A DNA stretch of 24,000 nucleotides from Aquaspirillum serpens DSM 68 (lineage in GTDB: Bacteria > Pseudomonadota > Gammaproteobacteria > Burkholderiales > Aquaspirillaceae), in assembly GCF_000420525.1 (NCBI RefSeq), contig NZ_ATVC01000003.1:66947-90946 (forward strand), given 5' to 3'. The notes beneath the pieces are model-generated. The model ran no database searches. It was given only the letters and a program-made list of their open reading frames with translations, and had not been told where the DNA came from. Made by a program: the position numbers and the translations under genes. How positions within the stretch are numbered: the stretch's first letter is position 1; every line of letters begins with the position of its first letter. Positions 7,863-18,800 of the stretch are shown in pieces.

Positions 7863-9881
7863 ATGCCAAAACTACTGAAATTTTCGCTCTGGTATTTGTT
7901 GTCTTTTTTATTGTGTACGTTTCTTGCCAGACTAGGATTTTGGTGGCATTTCCGTGATCCACAGCTTGCCGAAGACACACAAACTTTGTTGCAAGCTTTT
8001 GTGTTGGGAACACGCTTCGACCTACGCTTAGGGTTGGTTATTGTTTTGCCCTTTTTGTTACTCGGCGGTTGGACAAAACTTTCTCCGTTTCGCCATCGGT
8101 GGTCAGAACGGTTCTGGTGGGCCTATTTTGTCATCGCTAGTGCCGCCACACTCGCTACAATTGGCCTCGACTTCGGCCACTATTCTTATCTGCGCACCCG
8201 CCTCAATGCCGCCATTCTCAATTTTTTAGGCGATTGGCAAACCTCGGCAGAAATGGTGTGGCAAAGCTATCCGGTGGTCAAAATTACGCTTATCGCGCTT
8301 GTAGTGATAGCAGTATTGCTGTGGGGCGTGGCGACAGGTTTTCGCCATTTACGACAACCCACGCATGGCTGGCAATGGAGTCATCCTAAACCGCGCCATC
8401 GGCTATGGCTGGGGCTGACAACAGCGGTGTTAGTGATCGTGGGAATTCATGGCAAATTTTCACAATATCCCCTGCGTTGGAGTGATGCCTTTTTTACGCC
8501 CAACCCTTTTGTTGCCAATATCGGACTCAATCCGGTACTGAACTTTTTTGATACTCTAGATTATAAAAGTGCGGGTTTTGATCAGGCCAAAGTCGAGCAG
8601 GCCTATCCGGTGATTGCTGATTGGTTAGGAGTTCCGCCCAACACCTCTGGTCCACGCTTTAGCCTACGGCGTGAAATCCCAGCGCGCCCTGATGCCCTTG
8701 CCACACCGCCTAATATTGTTTTGGTGTTAGTCGAATCGTTTTCTGCCTATAAAACCAGCACTTTTGGTAATCCCCTCGGTACCACGCCCTATTTTGATCA
8801 ATTGGCAAAACAAGGGATTTTATTTACTCGCTTTTTTACACCACATTTTGGTACCGCGCGCGGTGTGTTTACGACGCTAACTGGCGTTCCCGATGTGGAA
8901 ACAGCAAATACCTCTAGCCGAAATCCACAGGCGGCAGATCAACATATCCTGATGGATAGCGCATTTCCTGAATATGAACGGTTCTATTTCATCGGTGGCT
9001 CGACTTCGTGGGCCAATATTCGTGGCGTTTTGACCAACAATATTCGTGATATCCGAATTTATGAAGAAGGGCATTATCAATCCAAGCGCAACGACACTTG
9101 GGGCATCTCTGACACCAATTTGTTTAAGGAAGCGAATCAAGTTCTTAAACAACAAAACAAACCTTTTTTTGCCATTATCCAAACCTCTGGCAACCATCGC
9201 CCTTACACTATTCCGGCAGAAGATCGCGATTTTCAAAGTCAAAAATGGCCGCTGGAACAGCTAAAAGCCAATGGCTTTGACAGTCAGGAAGAATATGACT
9301 CTTTCCGTTACATGGATTATTCGATTAAAACACTGATCGAAACGGCCAAAAAAGAAGCGTACTTTGATAACACAGTGTTTGTTTTTCTCGGTGATCACGG
9401 TATCACCGGCAATGCCAGTGCAGTGTTACCGGCAGCATGGACAGACTTACGCTTAAGTTCCATTCATACGCCATTCTTGCTGTATGCACCAAAGTTACTG
9501 CGCCCAGCAGTACGGACAGAAGTGGCCTCGCAAGTTGATGTGATGGCAACTTTGGCTGGTTTACTACCTCGACCTTATATCAACACCACTTTTGGCCGTG
9601 ATGTCCTCGCTCCTAGCCCACCAACACGACAAGCCGCTTTCACGATCACACATGATCGCGGGCCAGAAGTTGGTTTTGTGCAAGCACCGTACTACTTTAT
9701 GTTGGGCTTACCGACACAAAAAGGCTACCTTGCCGAGCTAGACAGCCAAACAGCAAAGAATCTTGAGACAGAACGCAGCGATGAAGCACAACGATTGCGC
9801 CAATTTACACTGCACTATTACGAAATGGCACGCTATCTGTTGTTGAACAACAAGAAGCAAGTGGTACAAAAGCAGCCATAA
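7863..9881 (+). CDS. LTA-synthase (LtaS) family / sulfatase-like membrane phosphotransferase, substrate unknown
   Basis: 672-aa ORF. There are about 5 N-terminal TM segments including the GTRFDLRLG motif. The extracytoplasmic alkaline-phosphatase-superfamily domain has the metal and nucleophile motifs VLVESFS, HFGTARG, SGNHRPY and FLGDHG. It starts 3 nt after the lnt stop. Confidence 0.8.
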   Translation: MPKLLKFSLWYLLSFLLCTFLARLGFWWHFRDPQLAEDTQTLLQAFVLGTRFDLRLGLVIVLPFLLLGGWTKLSPFRHRWSERFWWAYFVIASAATLATIGLDFGHYSYLRTRLNAAILNFLGDWQTSAEMVWQSYPVVKITLIALVVIAVLLWGVATGFRHLRQPTHGWQWSHPKPRHRLWLGLTTAVLVIVGIHGKFSQYPLRWSDAFFTPNPFVANIGLNPVLNFFDTLDYKSAGFDQAKVEQAYPVIADWLGVPPNTSGPRFSLRREIPARPDALATPPNIVLVLVESFSAYKTSTFGNPLGTTPYFDQLAKQGILFTRFFTPHFGTARGVFTTLTGVPDVETANTSSRNPQAADQHILMDSAFPEYERFYFIGGSTSWANIRGVLTNNIRDIRIYEEGHYQSKRNDTWGISDTNLFKEANQVLKQQNKPFFAIIQTSGNHRPYTIPAEDRDFQSQKWPLEQLKANGFDSQEEYDSFRYMDYSIKTLIETAKKEAYFDNTVFVFLGDHGITGNASAVLPAAWTDLRLSSIHTPFLLYAPKLLRPAVRTEVASQVDVMATLAGLLPRPYINTTFGRDVLAPSPPTRQAAFTITHDRGPEVGFVQAPYYFMLGLPTQKGYLAELDSQTAKNLETERSDEAQRLRQFTLHYYEMARYLLLNNKKQVVQKQP

Positions 9882-9886
9882 GCAAA

Positions 9887-9915
9887 AGCCCCTACACATT
9901 GGTAGGGGCTTTTTT
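9887..9915. terminator. Bidirectional rho-independent terminator between convergent genes (LtaS-like gene and rplQ)
   Basis: 9-bp stem AGCCCCTAC / GTAGGGGCT (9887-9895 / 9902-9910) with a 6-nt loop. The plus strand follows with a T-run (9910-9915). The minus strand follows with TTTTGC. Confidence 0.8.
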
Positions 9916-9942
9916 CATCCGTTTACAACGAAGGCACTAGGC

Positions 9943-10335
9943 TTATTCTTCGCTGACAACTTCTGCTTCGTCGACTTCTGGACGGTCAACTAATTCGACC
10001 AAAGCCAGAGGCGCGTTGTCGCCTTTACGGAAGCCGTAGTGCAGGATACGCACATAGCCACCAGGACGAGTTGCATAGCGTGGGCCCAATTCGTTGAACA
10101 GCTTGCCAACCACTTCGCGGTCGCGAGTGCGGTCGAAAGCTAAACGACGGTTAGCCAAGGATGGTTTTTTACCCAAGGTAATCAGAGGCTCTGCCACACG
10201 GCGCAGCTCTTTTGCCTTAGGCACAGTAGTCACGATCACTTCGTGACGCAGCAAGGAGTTCGCCATGTTGCGGAGCATAGCCAGGCGATGGCTCGATGTG
10301 CGATTCAGTTTACGATTACTTAAGCGATGACGCAT
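9943..10335 (-). CDS. rplQ: 50S ribosomal protein L17
   Basis: 130-aa ORF starting [29 protein letters not shown]. It is the last gene of the alpha operon. Confidence 0.97.
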   Translation of the reverse strand: MRHRLSNRKLNRTSSHRLAMLRNMANSLLRHEVIVTTVPKAKELRRVAEPLITLGKKPSLANRRLAFDRTRDREVVGKLFNELGPRYATRPGGYVRILHYGFRKGDNAPLALVELVDRPEVDEAEVVSEE

Positions 10336-10366
10336 TTTAGTGTCCTTTGTCCGACAAACCGAGCAA

Positions 10367-11350
10367 TTACGGTTTTTCCAGCCCGGCCGGCGGCCAGTTT
10401 TCGAGCTTCATGCCCAGCGTAAGACCTTTGGAAGCAAGCACTTCTTTGATCTCGTTGAGCGATTTGCGGCCGAGGTTGGGCGTCTTGAGGAGTTCAGTCT
10501 CAGTACGCTGAATGAGATCCCCAATGTAGTAGATGTTTTCGGCTTTCAGACAGTTAGCCGAACGCACGGTCAATTCGAGATCGTCAACCGGACGCAACAG
10601 GATAGGATCAACCTGTGGTGCACGTTCAATAATCTCTTCTTCAGGGGTACCTTGCAGATCTGCGAAGATCGACAGTTGATCCATCAGAATGCGAGCAGCA
10701 GCACGCACAGCTTCTTCTGGCTCCATCGCACCGTTGGTTTCAATATCCAACACCAAACGGTCCAAGTCAGTCCGCTGTTCCACCCGAGCGCTCTCAACCG
10801 AGAAACTCACACGGCGCAAAGGACTAAAGGACGCATCGAGCAGAATATTGCCGATGGTACGATTTTCGTCTTGGCTGACTCGGGCGCTAACGGGCTGATA
10901 GCCACGGCCTTTTTCAACCTTGATCTCCATCTCGATCTTGCCACCAGCCGCCAAATGACAAATCACCAAATCGGGATTGATCACTTCAACGTCGTGTGGC
11001 AATTCGATATCACCTGCCAAGACAGGGCCTTCTCCCTCTTTTTTGAGGGTTAACAGCACACTGTCTCGACCATGCAGCTTAACCACTACATTTTTGAGGT
11101 TGAGAAGAATATCAACGACATCTTCCCGTACCCCATCCAATGCAGAGTACTCATGCAAAACGCCTGCGATAGACACTTCGGTCGGAGCAAATCCGGGCAT
11201 CGAAGACAGCAGGATGCGGCGCAGAGCATTGCCCAGGGTATGGGCATAGCCGCGCTCAAAGGGTTCCATCGCGACGCGAGCTTGCGTCGGAGAAACCGGC
11301 TGCACATCAATTAAACGCGGTTTGAGAAATTCCGAAGCGCTGTTTTGCAT
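10367..11350 (-). CDS. rpoA: DNA-directed RNA polymerase subunit alpha
   Basis: 327-aa ORF containing [22 protein letters not shown]. The C-terminal domain has [22 protein letters not shown]. Confidence 0.97.
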   Translation of the reverse strand: MQNSASEFLKPRLIDVQPVSPTQARVAMEPFERGYAHTLGNALRRILLSSMPGFAPTEVSIAGVLHEYSALDGVREDVVDILLNLKNVVVKLHGRDSVLLTLKKEGEGPVLAGDIELPHDVEVINPDLVICHLAAGGKIEMEIKVEKGRGYQPVSARVSQDENRTIGNILLDASFSPLRRVSFSVESARVEQRTDLDRLVLDIETNGAMEPEEAVRAAARILMDQLSIFADLQGTPEEEIIERAPQVDPILLRPVDDLELTVRSANCLKAENIYYIGDLIQRTETELLKTPNLGRKSLNEIKEVLASKGLTLGMKLENWPPAGLEKP

Positions 11351-11375
11351 AGTGTTTCCTTGAAATGGCTAGCGA

Positions 11376-11996
11376 TTACTTAGAGTAGAACTCAACAACG
11401 AGCTGCTCGTTGATATCGCTAGACAGGTCGGTGCGTTCGGGCATGGATTTAAACACGCCTTCCATCTTTTTGACGTCAACCGCCACCCAACCTGGGAAAC
11501 CAATTTGCTCAGCCAAGGCCAGAGCTTCTTGGATACGCACTTGTTTTTTGGCTTTTTCAACCACAGAAACCACATCACCCGCTTTCACTTGGAAAGAAGG
11601 AATATTGACGGTTTGACCATTTACTTGAATGGATTTGTGGCTGACCAACTGGCGTGCTTCAGCGCGGGTAGAACCCAAGCCCATGCGATACACGACGTTG
11701 TCCAAGCGAGATTCCAACAGCTTCAACAAGTTTTCGCCTGTCGAGCCTTTGCGACGAGCAGCCTCAGCAAAGTATTTGCGGAACTGACGTTCGAGAACAC
11801 CATAAATGCGGCGAATTTTTTGTTTTTCGCGCAGTTGAACGCCGTAGTCAGACAAACGGGTGTTTTTCGCACCGTGCTGACCCGGTTTGGTATCCAGTTT
11901 ACACTTGCTATCGATGGCGCGACGCGCGCTCTTCAAGAAGAGGTCGGTGCCTTCACGACGTGCAAGTTTACATTTTGGTCCAGTATAACGTGCCAT
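11376..11996 (-). CDS. rpsD: 30S ribosomal protein S4
   Basis: 206-aa ORF starting [23 protein letters not shown]. Confidence 0.97.
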   Translation of the reverse strand: MARYTGPKCKLARREGTDLFLKSARRAIDSKCKLDTKPGQHGAKNTRLSDYGVQLREKQKIRRIYGVLERQFRKYFAEAARRKGSTGENLLKLLESRLDNVVYRMGLGSTRAEARQLVSHKSIQVNGQTVNIPSFQVKAGDVVSVVEKAKKQVRIQEALALAEQIGFPGWVAVDVKKMEGVFKSMPERTDLSSDINEQLVVEFYSK

Positions 11997-12014
11997 GAAT
12001 CAATCTCTCCGATC

Positions 12015-12407
12015 TTAAATACGACGTTTCTTCGGCGGACGGCAGCCGTTGTGTGGAATTGGCGTCACGTCGGAGATGCTGGTGATTTTGAAGCCCAGCG
12101 CGTTCAAAGCACGGACAGAAGACTCGCGACCTGGGCCTGGGCCCTTAATGCGAACTTCCAAATTTTTCACACCATACTCTTGGGCAACTTTACCAGCGTG
12201 CTCCGCTGCGACCTGTGCAGCGAAGGGTGTACTTTTGCGCGAGCCTTTAAAACCAGCACCACCGGAGGTAGCCCAAGACAAAGCATTCCCTTGACGGTCG
12301 GTGATGGTAATGATGGTATTATTAAAGGACGCGTGAACGTGAACGATCCCTTCGGATACGCTCTTCTTCACTTTTTTGCGTACACGCACTGTGTTTGCTT
12401 TAGCCAT
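12015..12407 (-). CDS. rpsK: 30S ribosomal protein S11
   Basis: 130-aa ORF containing [30 protein letters not shown]. Confidence 0.97.
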   Translation of the reverse strand: MAKANTVRVRKKVKKSVSEGIVHVHASFNNTIITITDRQGNALSWATSGGAGFKGSRKSTPFAAQVAAEHAGKVAQEYGVKNLEVRIKGPGPGRESSVRALNALGFKITSISDVTPIPHNGCRPPKKRRI

Positions 12408-12420
12408 TATCTATCCTTAA

Positions 12421-12783
12421 TTACTTCTTGCCAGCGATCGGCTTACGCGGACCTTTACGGGTACGCGCATTCGTACGAGTACGCTGACCACGGCAAGGCA
12501 GACCACGACGGTGGCGAAGACCACGATAGCAACCGAGATCCATGAGACGTTTAATGCTCATGGTGTTTTCACGGCGCAAATCGCCTTCTACAGTAAACTT
12601 CGCGATTTCATCACGAAGTTTTTCCATTTCAGCATCGGTCAAATCTTTGACCTTCGTGTCTGGTGCAATTTGCGTTGCGGCGCAAATAGCTTTAGCACGA
12701 GTGCGACCAATACCAAAGATAGCTTGTAAGCCAACCCAGGTATGCTGATGGTTCGGGATGTTTACCCCGGCAATACGGGCCAT
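12421..12783 (-). CDS. rpsM: 30S ribosomal protein S13
   Basis: 120-aa ORF starting [26 protein letters not shown]. Confidence 0.97.
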   Translation of the reverse strand: MARIAGVNIPNHQHTWVGLQAIFGIGRTRAKAICAATQIAPDTKVKDLTDAEMEKLRDEIAKFTVEGDLRRENTMSIKRLMDLGCYRGLRHRRGLPCRGQRTRTNARTRKGPRKPIAGKK

Positions 12784-12811
12784 ACTAATTCCCCAAAACG
12801 AAAAGTTTGCG

Positions 12812-12840
12812 ATTCTAGCACGTAGCTATCGCAGGGACAA
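12812..12840 (-). promoter_or_regulatory. Candidate internal (alpha-operon) promoter upstream of rpsM
   Basis: The minus strand reads TTGTCC (12840-12835), a 17-nt spacer, then an extended -10 TGCTAGAAT (-10 hexamer at 12817-12812). It lies in the 60-nt rpmJ-rpsM spacer, about 28 nt before the rpsM ATG. Confidence 0.45.
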
Positions 12841-12843
12841 ATA

Positions 12844-12957
12844 TTAGCCCTGCTTTTGCTTGTGCCGAGGGTCCGTGCAAATAACACGTACAACACGGTT
12901 ACGACGGATGATTTTGCAGTTGCGGCAAATTTTTTTCACCGAGGGTTGAACTCGCAT
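12844..12957 (-). CDS. rpmJ: 50S ribosomal protein L36 (zinc-ribbon C-x2-C-x12-C-x4-H form)
   Basis: Hand translation of the minus strand gives [37 protein letters not shown] followed by a stop. It is too short for the ORF track. It sits in the canonical slot between infA and rpsM. Confidence 0.95.
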   Translation of the reverse strand: MRVQPSVKKICRNCKIIRRNRVVRVICTDPRHKQKQG

Positions 12958-13001
12958 GATTTTCCTTTCACGTTATCTCCGCGCCCTTGTTCCTATCCCG
13001 C

Positions 13002-13220
13002 TTATTTGGCGCGGAATACGATACGGGCGCGGGAGAGGTCATAAGGGGTGAGTTCAACGGTGACGCGATCGCCCGGCAAAATACGGATATAGTGCATCCG
13101 CATCTTGCCAGAAATGTGACCTAGCACAACATGACCATTCTCAAGCTTGACTTGGAACGTCGCATTAGGCAGCGTCTCCAAGACCTCACCCTGCATCTGG
13201 ATTGTATCTTCCTTAGCCAT
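13002..13220 (-). CDS. infA: Translation initiation factor IF-1
   Basis: 72-aa ORF starting [30 protein letters not shown] and ending [10 protein letters not shown]. Confidence 0.97.
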   Translation of the reverse strand: MAKEDTIQMQGEVLETLPNATFQVKLENGHVVLGHISGKMRMHYIRILPGDRVTVELTPYDLSRARIVFRAK

Positions 13221-13243
13221 AATCTCTTGAAATATCCTGATTC

Positions 13244-14569
13244 TTAACGAGAGCTGAGTCCGCCGCCATTTTTAAAGTTGGCCTTTTTGAGCAGACTCTC
13301 GTATTGCTGCGACAGTACATAGGATTGAATCTGAGTCATCAGATCCATCGTTACCACGACAATGATCAGTAACGAGGTTCCGCCGAAGTAGAATGGAACA
13401 TTCCAATTCAAGATCAGGAACTCAGGTAACAAACAGACCAGCGTGATGTACACCGCACCAATCAAAGTCAACCGCAGGATAATCTTCTCGATATAGCGTG
13501 AAGTCTGTTCACCAGGACGAATTCCAGGGATAAAGGCTCCACTTTTCTTCAAATTGTCCGCTGTTTCTTTTGGATTAAAGACCAGGGCGGTATAGAAGTA
13601 GCAGAAGAAAACAATCGCAGCAGCATATAACAGTACATAAACAGGTTGCCCTGGATGCAAGGCATCACTGACTCGTTTAAGCCAGCCCAATCCATCACTT
13701 TGACCAAACCATCCCACCACAGTCGCAGGGAAAAGAATAATGCTCGAAGCAAAGATTGGCGGGATCACACCTGCCATATTGAGTTTCAAAGGCAAATGTG
13801 TACTTTGGCCTTGAGTAACTCGATTACCCACTTGGCGCTTAGCATAATTCACCAACACCTTGCGCTGACCACGCTCCACAAATACCACGAGGTAAGTCAC
13901 AGCAATCACGCCGATGAAAAGCGCAACCACCAACAAGATAGGCAAGTTGCCCTGAGAAGTCAGGGTCAGAGTTTTGCCAATTGCCGATGGTACCCCAGCT
14001 GCAATACCAGCACAGATGATAAGAGAAATACCATTCCCTATCCCGCGCTCGGTAATTTGTTCACCCAACCACATTAAGAACATGGTACCGGTCACTAATG
14101 TAATCACCGTTGTGAAGTAGAACTCCCATTGCGGTGTTAAGACCAGATTAGGTTGTGTAAACAACATTACCGCAATCCCGAACGACTGGAAAGTCGCTAG
14201 TAAGACTGTGGCATAACGTGTGTACTGGGTAATTTTTCTTCGTCCTGCATCGCCTTCTTTTTTCAGCTGTTTCAACGAGGGAACAACCTCGGAGGCCAAC
14301 TGTAAAATAATGGAGGCCGAGATGTACGGCATAATACCAATGGCAAATACCGTAAACCGCGACAAAGCCCCCCCGGAAAACATGTTGAACATGTCGAGGA
14401 GGCCCGTTTGCGAGGACTGGAACAGCTTCGCTAGCTCGACGGGGTTGATGCCTGGAACAGGAATGTGGGCACCGATACGATAAACGATCAGAGCACCAAT
14501 CAAGAACCAGATGCGCCGTTTCAAATCACCAAACTTGTTGGCGTTCGTTGCTAGAGAAGGAGTGGCCAC
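13244..14569 (-). CDS. secY: Preprotein translocase subunit SecY
   Basis: 441-aa polytopic ORF containing [22 protein letters not shown] and [14 protein letters not shown]. Confidence 0.97.
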   Translation of the reverse strand: MATPSLATNANKFGDLKRRIWFLIGALIVYRIGAHIPVPGINPVELAKLFQSSQTGLLDMFNMFSGGALSRFTVFAIGIMPYISASIILQLASEVVPSLKQLKKEGDAGRRKITQYTRYATVLLATFQSFGIAVMLFTQPNLVLTPQWEFYFTTVITLVTGTMFLMWLGEQITERGIGNGISLIICAGIAAGVPSAIGKTLTLTSQGNLPILLVVALFIGVIAVTYLVVFVERGQRKVLVNYAKRQVGNRVTQGQSTHLPLKLNMAGVIPPIFASSIILFPATVVGWFGQSDGLGWLKRVSDALHPGQPVYVLLYAAAIVFFCYFYTALVFNPKETADNLKKSGAFIPGIRPGEQTSRYIEKIILRLTLIGAVYITLVCLLPEFLILNWNVPFYFGGTSLLIIVVVTMDLMTQIQSYVLSQQYESLLKKANFKNGGGLSSR

Positions 14570-14580
14570 AGAGTCACGCC

Positions 14581-15015
14581 TTATTCAGCAAAACTGCCAC
14601 CGGCAGCTTCAATGGCAGCACGCGCACCTGCTGTTGCGCCAAGACCACGCAAAGTCACAGCGCGATCGATGGAACCTGCCAAAATGACTTTTGCTGCTTT
14701 AGCAGAAGCGCGAACCAAGCCAGCTTGTTTCAAAGCTAACAGATCGACTTCAGTTAAAGACAACGCAGCCAGAGCATCCAAACGCACTTCGTCAACAAAA
14801 GCACGTGTCAGCGAGTTGAAACCACGCTTAGGCAAGCGACGTTGCAAAGGCATTTGACCGCCTTCAAAACCTACTTTGTGGAAACCACCGCTACGAGATT
14901 TTTGACCTTTATGACCACGGCCAGCAGTTTTACCCAAACCGCTACCAATGCCACGGCCTACACGCTTTTTAGCGTGTGTTGCACCTGCGGCCGGTTTGAT
15001 GGTGTTCAGTAACAT
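14581..15015 (-). CDS. rplO: 50S ribosomal protein L15
   Basis: 144-aa ORF starting [30 protein letters not shown]. Confidence 0.97.
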   Translation of the reverse strand: MLLNTIKPAAGATHAKKRVGRGIGSGLGKTAGRGHKGQKSRSGGFHKVGFEGGQMPLQRRLPKRGFNSLTRAFVDEVRLDALAALSLTEVDLLALKQAGLVRASAKAAKVILAGSIDRAVTLRGLGATAGARAAIEAAGGSFAE

Positions 15016-15201
15016 TTAACCCTCGCACTTAAGCAAGTAGCTGATCTTGTTGATCATGCCACGGTTTTCCGGTGTGTCGATCACCTCAACCGTCTGGTTC
15101 AGCTTACGCAGACCCAGACCACGAGCGCAGGCACGATGGCCTTCAATGCGACCAATCAGGCTTTTTACCAAGGTCACCTTGATTGTTTTTTGTTCGCTCA
15201 T
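15016..15201 (-). CDS. rpmD: 50S ribosomal protein L30
   Basis: 61-aa ORF starting [18 protein letters not shown]. It overlaps the rpsE stop by 4 nt. Confidence 0.95.
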   Translation of the reverse strand: MSEQKTIKVTLVKSLIGRIEGHRACARGLGLRKLNQTVEVIDTPENRGMINKISYLLKCEG

Positions 15202-15716
15202 TGCTCTTCAACCCCCAGAATCTCCGCGACAGTCTTGCCACGTTTAGCGGCGATGTCAGCAGGAGTCATCATTTTGGATAGGCCGTCGATAGTCGCGCGG
15301 ACGATGTTGTATGGGTTGGTTGAACCGTGGCATTTTGCCGACACGTTCTTCACGCCCATTGCATCGAACACAGCACGCATAGGACCACCAGCAATCACAC
15401 CAGTACCGTCCGGAGCAGGCTGCATAAACACAGTGGTTGCACCATGTTTACCAATCACGCTGTGGTGTAAAGTACCGTTTTTCAGGGGCACTTTAACCAT
15501 TTTGCGACGTGCTTCTTCCATTGCCTTTTGCACAGCCACTGGCACTTCTTTCGATTTGCCTTTGCCCATGCCAATACCGCCATCGCCATCGCCGACCACT
15601 GTCAGGGCGGAGAAAGCCATGATGCGGCCGCCTTTGACCACTTTGGTCACGCGGTTCACGCCGATCATTTTTTCGATCAGACCGTCGCCGCGTTCTTCAA
15701 TATCATGCTTAGCCAT
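15198..15716 (-). CDS. rpsE: 30S ribosomal protein S5
   Basis: 172-aa ORF containing [32 protein letters not shown]. Confidence 0.97.
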   Translation of the reverse strand: MAKHDIEERGDGLIEKMIGVNRVTKVVKGGRIMAFSALTVVGDGDGGIGMGKGKSKEVPVAVQKAMEEARRKMVKVPLKNGTLHHSVIGKHGATTVFMQPAPDGTGVIAGGPMRAVFDAMGVKNVSAKCHGSTNPYNIVRATIDGLSKMMTPADIAAKRGKTVAEILGVEEQ

Positions 15717-15728
15717 AGTCTTCTCCGA

Positions 15729-16082
15729 TTAGAACGCGAGGCCGCCTTCACGGGCAGCGTCGGCGAGAGCCTTCACGCGACCGTGATAGTGGAAACCAGA
15801 ACGGTCAAACGCCACTTCTTTAATGCCAGCAGCAACTGCTTTTTCAGCGATACGTTTGCCGACCAGAGCAGCAGCAGCAACATTGCCACCGTTAGCGATG
15901 TCCTTGCGAACCTCGGCTTCCAGCGTCGAGGCGCTAGCGAGGACTTTGCCGCCAGTTTCATCAATGATCTGGGCGTAGATATGGCTGTTGGTACGATGCA
16001 CAGCAAGGCGCACCATCTTGAGCTCACAAATGCGTGCACGGGTTTTGCGTGCGCGGCGGAGTCGAGCTTGTTTCTTATCCAT
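15729..16082 (-). CDS. rplR: 50S ribosomal protein L18
   Basis: 117-aa ORF starting [18 protein letters not shown] and containing [14 protein letters not shown]. Confidence 0.97.
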   Translation of the reverse strand: MDKKQARLRRARKTRARICELKMVRLAVHRTNSHIYAQIIDETGGKVLASASTLEAEVRKDIANGGNVAAAALVGKRIAEKAVAAGIKEVAFDRSGFHYHGRVKALADAAREGGLAF

Positions 16083-16095
16083 GACAAAGCCTCAA

Positions 16096-16629
16096 TTATT
16101 TCTTCTTGGTTTCTTTCAAAACCACTTGCTCGTCGGCATAACGAACACCCTTGCCTTTGTACGGCTCCGGCGAGCGGTATGCACGTACTTCAGCAGCGAC
16201 TTGACCCACGCGTTGCTTATCAACCCCTTTCAGGATGATTTCGGTTTGGCTTGGGGTTTCCACGGTCACGCCTTCAGGCATTTTGTGGACCACTGGGTGA
16301 GAGAAACCCAAGGACAGGTTCAGGTTTGTACCCTGAGCTTGTGCACGGTAACCCACACCAACCAATTGCAACTTGCGTTCAAACCCTTTGGAAACGCCGA
16401 TCACCATGTTATTCACCAGAGCACGCAGGGTGCCGGACATAGCGCGGGCAAATTTGCTGTTATCTTTTGCAGCAAACACCAAAGTGTTGTCTTCTAACTT
16501 CACATCCACTTCGCTACGCAGAGGGATGGTCAAGGCGCCCAAAGCGCCTTTAATAGTCAGCTCGCCTGCACCGAACTTGGCTTCTACGCCAGCGGGCAGT
16601 ACGACTGGATTTTTGGCTACACGAGACAT
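16096..16629 (-). CDS. rplF: 50S ribosomal protein L6
   Basis: 177-aa ORF starting [16 protein letters not shown] and containing [10 protein letters not shown]. Confidence 0.97.
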   Translation of the reverse strand: MSRVAKNPVVLPAGVEAKFGAGELTIKGALGALTIPLRSEVDVKLEDNTLVFAAKDNSKFARAMSGTLRALVNNMVIGVSKGFERKLQLVGVGYRAQAQGTNLNLSLGFSHPVVHKMPEGVTVETPSQTEIILKGVDKQRVGQVAAEVRAYRSPEPYKGKGVRYADEQVVLKETKKK

Positions 16630-16638
16630 AATTACTCC

Positions 16639-17034
16639 TTACGCCACGATGCACAGCACTTCGCCACCGATACCAGCAGCACGTGCTTTGCGATCAGTCA
16701 TCACGCCTTTGGAAGTCGACACAATCGCGACGCCCAAACCGTTCATGACTTTAGGAATGTCATTGGAGCCTTTGTAGATACGCAGACCAGGACGCGACAC
16801 GCGATCGAGGCGCTCGATCACTGGACGGCCTGCATAGTACTTGAGCTGGATTTCTAAAGTAGGTTTGCCATCGTTGGCTTCTACTTTGAAATCTTCAATG
16901 TAGCCTTCGTCTTTCAAGACGTTAGCAATCGCTGTCTTCAACTTGGAAGACGGCATCGATACCGACACTTTGTCCGCACGCTGAGCGTTACGGATACGAG
17001 TCAGCATATCGGAAATAGGATCTTGCATACTCAT
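16639..17034 (-). CDS. rpsH: 30S ribosomal protein S8
   Basis: 131-aa ORF starting [18 protein letters not shown]. Confidence 0.97.
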   Translation of the reverse strand: MSMQDPISDMLTRIRNAQRADKVSVSMPSSKLKTAIANVLKDEGYIEDFKVEANDGKPTLEIQLKYYAGRPVIERLDRVSRPGLRIYKGSNDIPKVMNGLGVAIVSTSKGVMTDRKARAAGIGGEVLCIVA

Positions 17035-17047
17035 TGGTGTTCTCCTA

Positions 17048-17353
17048 TTACCAGCTGGCCTTCACGATGCCAGGGATTTCTCCACGCATCGCAATTTCAC
17101 GCAGTTTGCTACGACCAAGGCCGAACTTGCGGAAAACACCGCGTGGGCGACCAGTGATAGCACAACGATTACGTTGACGCACTGGGCTTGCATTACGCGG
17201 GAGTTGCTGGAGAGCCAGACGCGCGGCAAAGCGTTCTTCGTCGGACAGATTGGCGTTGTTGATGACCTCAAGCAGTGCAGCACGCTTCTTGGCAAATTTA
17301 GCCACGAGCTTGGCACGCTTTTCTTCACGGTTAATCAGTGCAAGTTTTGCCAT
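17048..17353 (-). CDS. rpsN: 30S ribosomal protein S14 (long, non-zinc form)
   Basis: 101-aa ORF starting [20 protein letters not shown] and ending [12 protein letters not shown]. Confidence 0.97.
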   Translation of the reverse strand: MAKLALINREEKRAKLVAKFAKKRAALLEVINNANLSDEERFAARLALQQLPRNASPVRQRNRCAITGRPRGVFRKFGLGRSKLREIAMRGEIPGIVKASW

Positions 17354-17356
17354 GTC

Positions 17357-17899
17357 TTAGCCCTTGAACGGGAATTTGAATGCAGCCAGCAGAGCGCGGG
17401 CTTCTTCATCGGTTTTGGCGGTCGTTGTGATGGTGATGTTCATCCCACGCAGCGCATCGATTTTGTCGTATTCGATCTCTGGGAAAATGATCTGCTCACG
17501 CACACCCATGTTGTAGTTACCACGGCCATCAAACGATTTACCGCTTACACCGCGGAAGTCACGAACGCGAGGCAAAGCCACGGTTACCAGACGATCCAAG
17601 AATTCGAACATACGTTCGCGGCGCAGGGTGACTTTGCAACCGACAGGATAACCTTCACGAATCTTGAAGCCAGCAATCGATTTGCGGGCAACAGTCACGA
17701 CCGGTTTTTGACCAGCGATTTTTTGCAGGTCGCCAACAGCGTGTTCCATGACTTTCTTATCAGCAACCGCTTCACCCACACCCATGTTCAGGGTGATTTT
17801 TTCGATGCGCGGTACTTCCATCACAGATTTGTAACCGAACTTTTTGACCAGTTCAGGAACAACCGTGTTTTTATAAAACTCTTGCAAACGGGCTGCCAT
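17357..17899 (-). CDS. rplE: 50S ribosomal protein L5
   Basis: 180-aa ORF starting [40 protein letters not shown]. Confidence 0.97.
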   Translation of the reverse strand: MAARLQEFYKNTVVPELVKKFGYKSVMEVPRIEKITLNMGVGEAVADKKVMEHAVGDLQKIAGQKPVVTVARKSIAGFKIREGYPVGCKVTLRRERMFEFLDRLVTVALPRVRDFRGVSGKSFDGRGNYNMGVREQIIFPEIEYDKIDALRGMNITITTTAKTDEEARALLAAFKFPFKG

Positions 17900-17908
17900 G
17901 GTTACTCC

Positions 17909-18235
17909 TTACGCGCCGACAACTTCGCCGTTCGATTTGAACACGCGAACTTTACGGCCGTCTTCCAGCACCTTGAAGCCAACACGGTCGGCTTTTTGAG
18001 TTGCTGGGTTGAAAATAGCCACATTAGAAACGTCAACAGGCATAGTTTTTTCAACGATGCCGCCGGCCACACCACGTACTGGGTTAGGCTTAACGTGTTT
18101 CTTGGCAATGTGAACGCCTTCGACCACGACCACAACTTGGTTGGTGTCGGCTAACACTTTCAGCACGGTACCGCGCTTGCCCTTGTCTTTGCCAGTGATG
18201 ACAACGACTTCATCACCTTTGCGAATCTTACGCAT
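17909..18235 (-). CDS. rplX: 50S ribosomal protein L24
   Basis: 108-aa ORF starting [22 protein letters not shown]. Confidence 0.97.
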   Translation of the reverse strand: MRKIRKGDEVVVITGKDKGKRGTVLKVLADTNQVVVVVEGVHIAKKHVKPNPVRGVAGGIVEKTMPVDVSNVAIFNPATQKADRVGFKVLEDGRKVRVFKSNGEVVGA

Positions 18236-18247
18236 TGAGCCTTCTCC

Positions 18248-18616
18248 TTACAGAACTTCGGGCGCGAGCGACACGATCTTCATGAAGCGCTCAGAACGCA
18301 GCTCACGAGTCACTGGGCCGAAGATACGAGTACCGATTGGCTCAAGCTTGTTGTTCAACAGCACTGCAGCATTGCCGTCAAACTTAATCAGTGAACCATC
18401 AGGACGACGAACACCTTTAGCAGTGCGAACGACAACCGCGTTGTACACGTCGCCTTTTTTCACACGGCCACGGGGGGCGGCGTCTTTAATCGTCACCTTG
18501 ATAATGTCGCCTACTTGAGCGTAGCGACGTTTGGAGCCACCGAGCACCTTGATGCACATCACGTGACGCGCACCCGTGTTATCAGCAACCTCCAACATGG
18601 ATTGCATTTGAATCAT
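18248..18616 (-). CDS. rplN: 50S ribosomal protein L14
   Basis: 122-aa ORF starting [28 protein letters not shown]. Confidence 0.97.
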   Translation of the reverse strand: MIQMQSMLEVADNTGARHVMCIKVLGGSKRRYAQVGDIIKVTIKDAAPRGRVKKGDVYNAVVVRTAKGVRRPDGSLIKFDGNAAVLLNNKLEPIGTRIFGPVTRELRSERFMKIVSLAPEVL

Positions 18617-18765
18617 GGATTTTTACCTTTCCAACTTAATCCGCCAAAACTCTACCCTTTAGATAGAGCAAACGCCGCACATTAGGTGCGGCGCACATCG
18701 AGCGGCCAGTTTTGGAACCCGTCAGGGCAAGAATTGCCGGCCTTATCGACCGGCAATCACAAAGA
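18617..18765 (-). promoter_or_regulatory. Structured 5' leader of rplN (spc operon) with three hairpins
   Basis: Minus-strand hairpins. H1 is AUUGCCGG-N9-CCGGCAAU (18757-18733). H2 is CGCCGCAC-CUAAU-GUGCGGCG (18693-18673) followed by UUUG. H3 is CUCUAUC-UAAAG-GGUAGAG (18668-18650, one G-U pair) followed by UUUUGG. The SD GGAAAGG and the ATG come next. Confidence 0.5.
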
Positions 18766-18771
18766 AGCAGC

Positions 18772-18800
18772 ATTATACAAAAGGGAGAACCCTTATGCAA
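18772..18800 (-). promoter_or_regulatory. Candidate spc-operon promoter
   Basis: The minus strand reads TTGCAT (18800-18795), a 17-nt spacer, then TATAAT (18777-18772). It starts 8 nt after the rpsQ stop codon. Confidence 0.6.

Noticed and set aside
13002-13220. infA is embedded between secY and rpmJ, with no adk or map, and rpsJ is fused to tuf. Both differ from the E. coli layout.
   Set aside because: To my knowledge this is the ordinary arrangement in many non-enteric bacteria, including betaproteobacteria, so it is not an anomaly.
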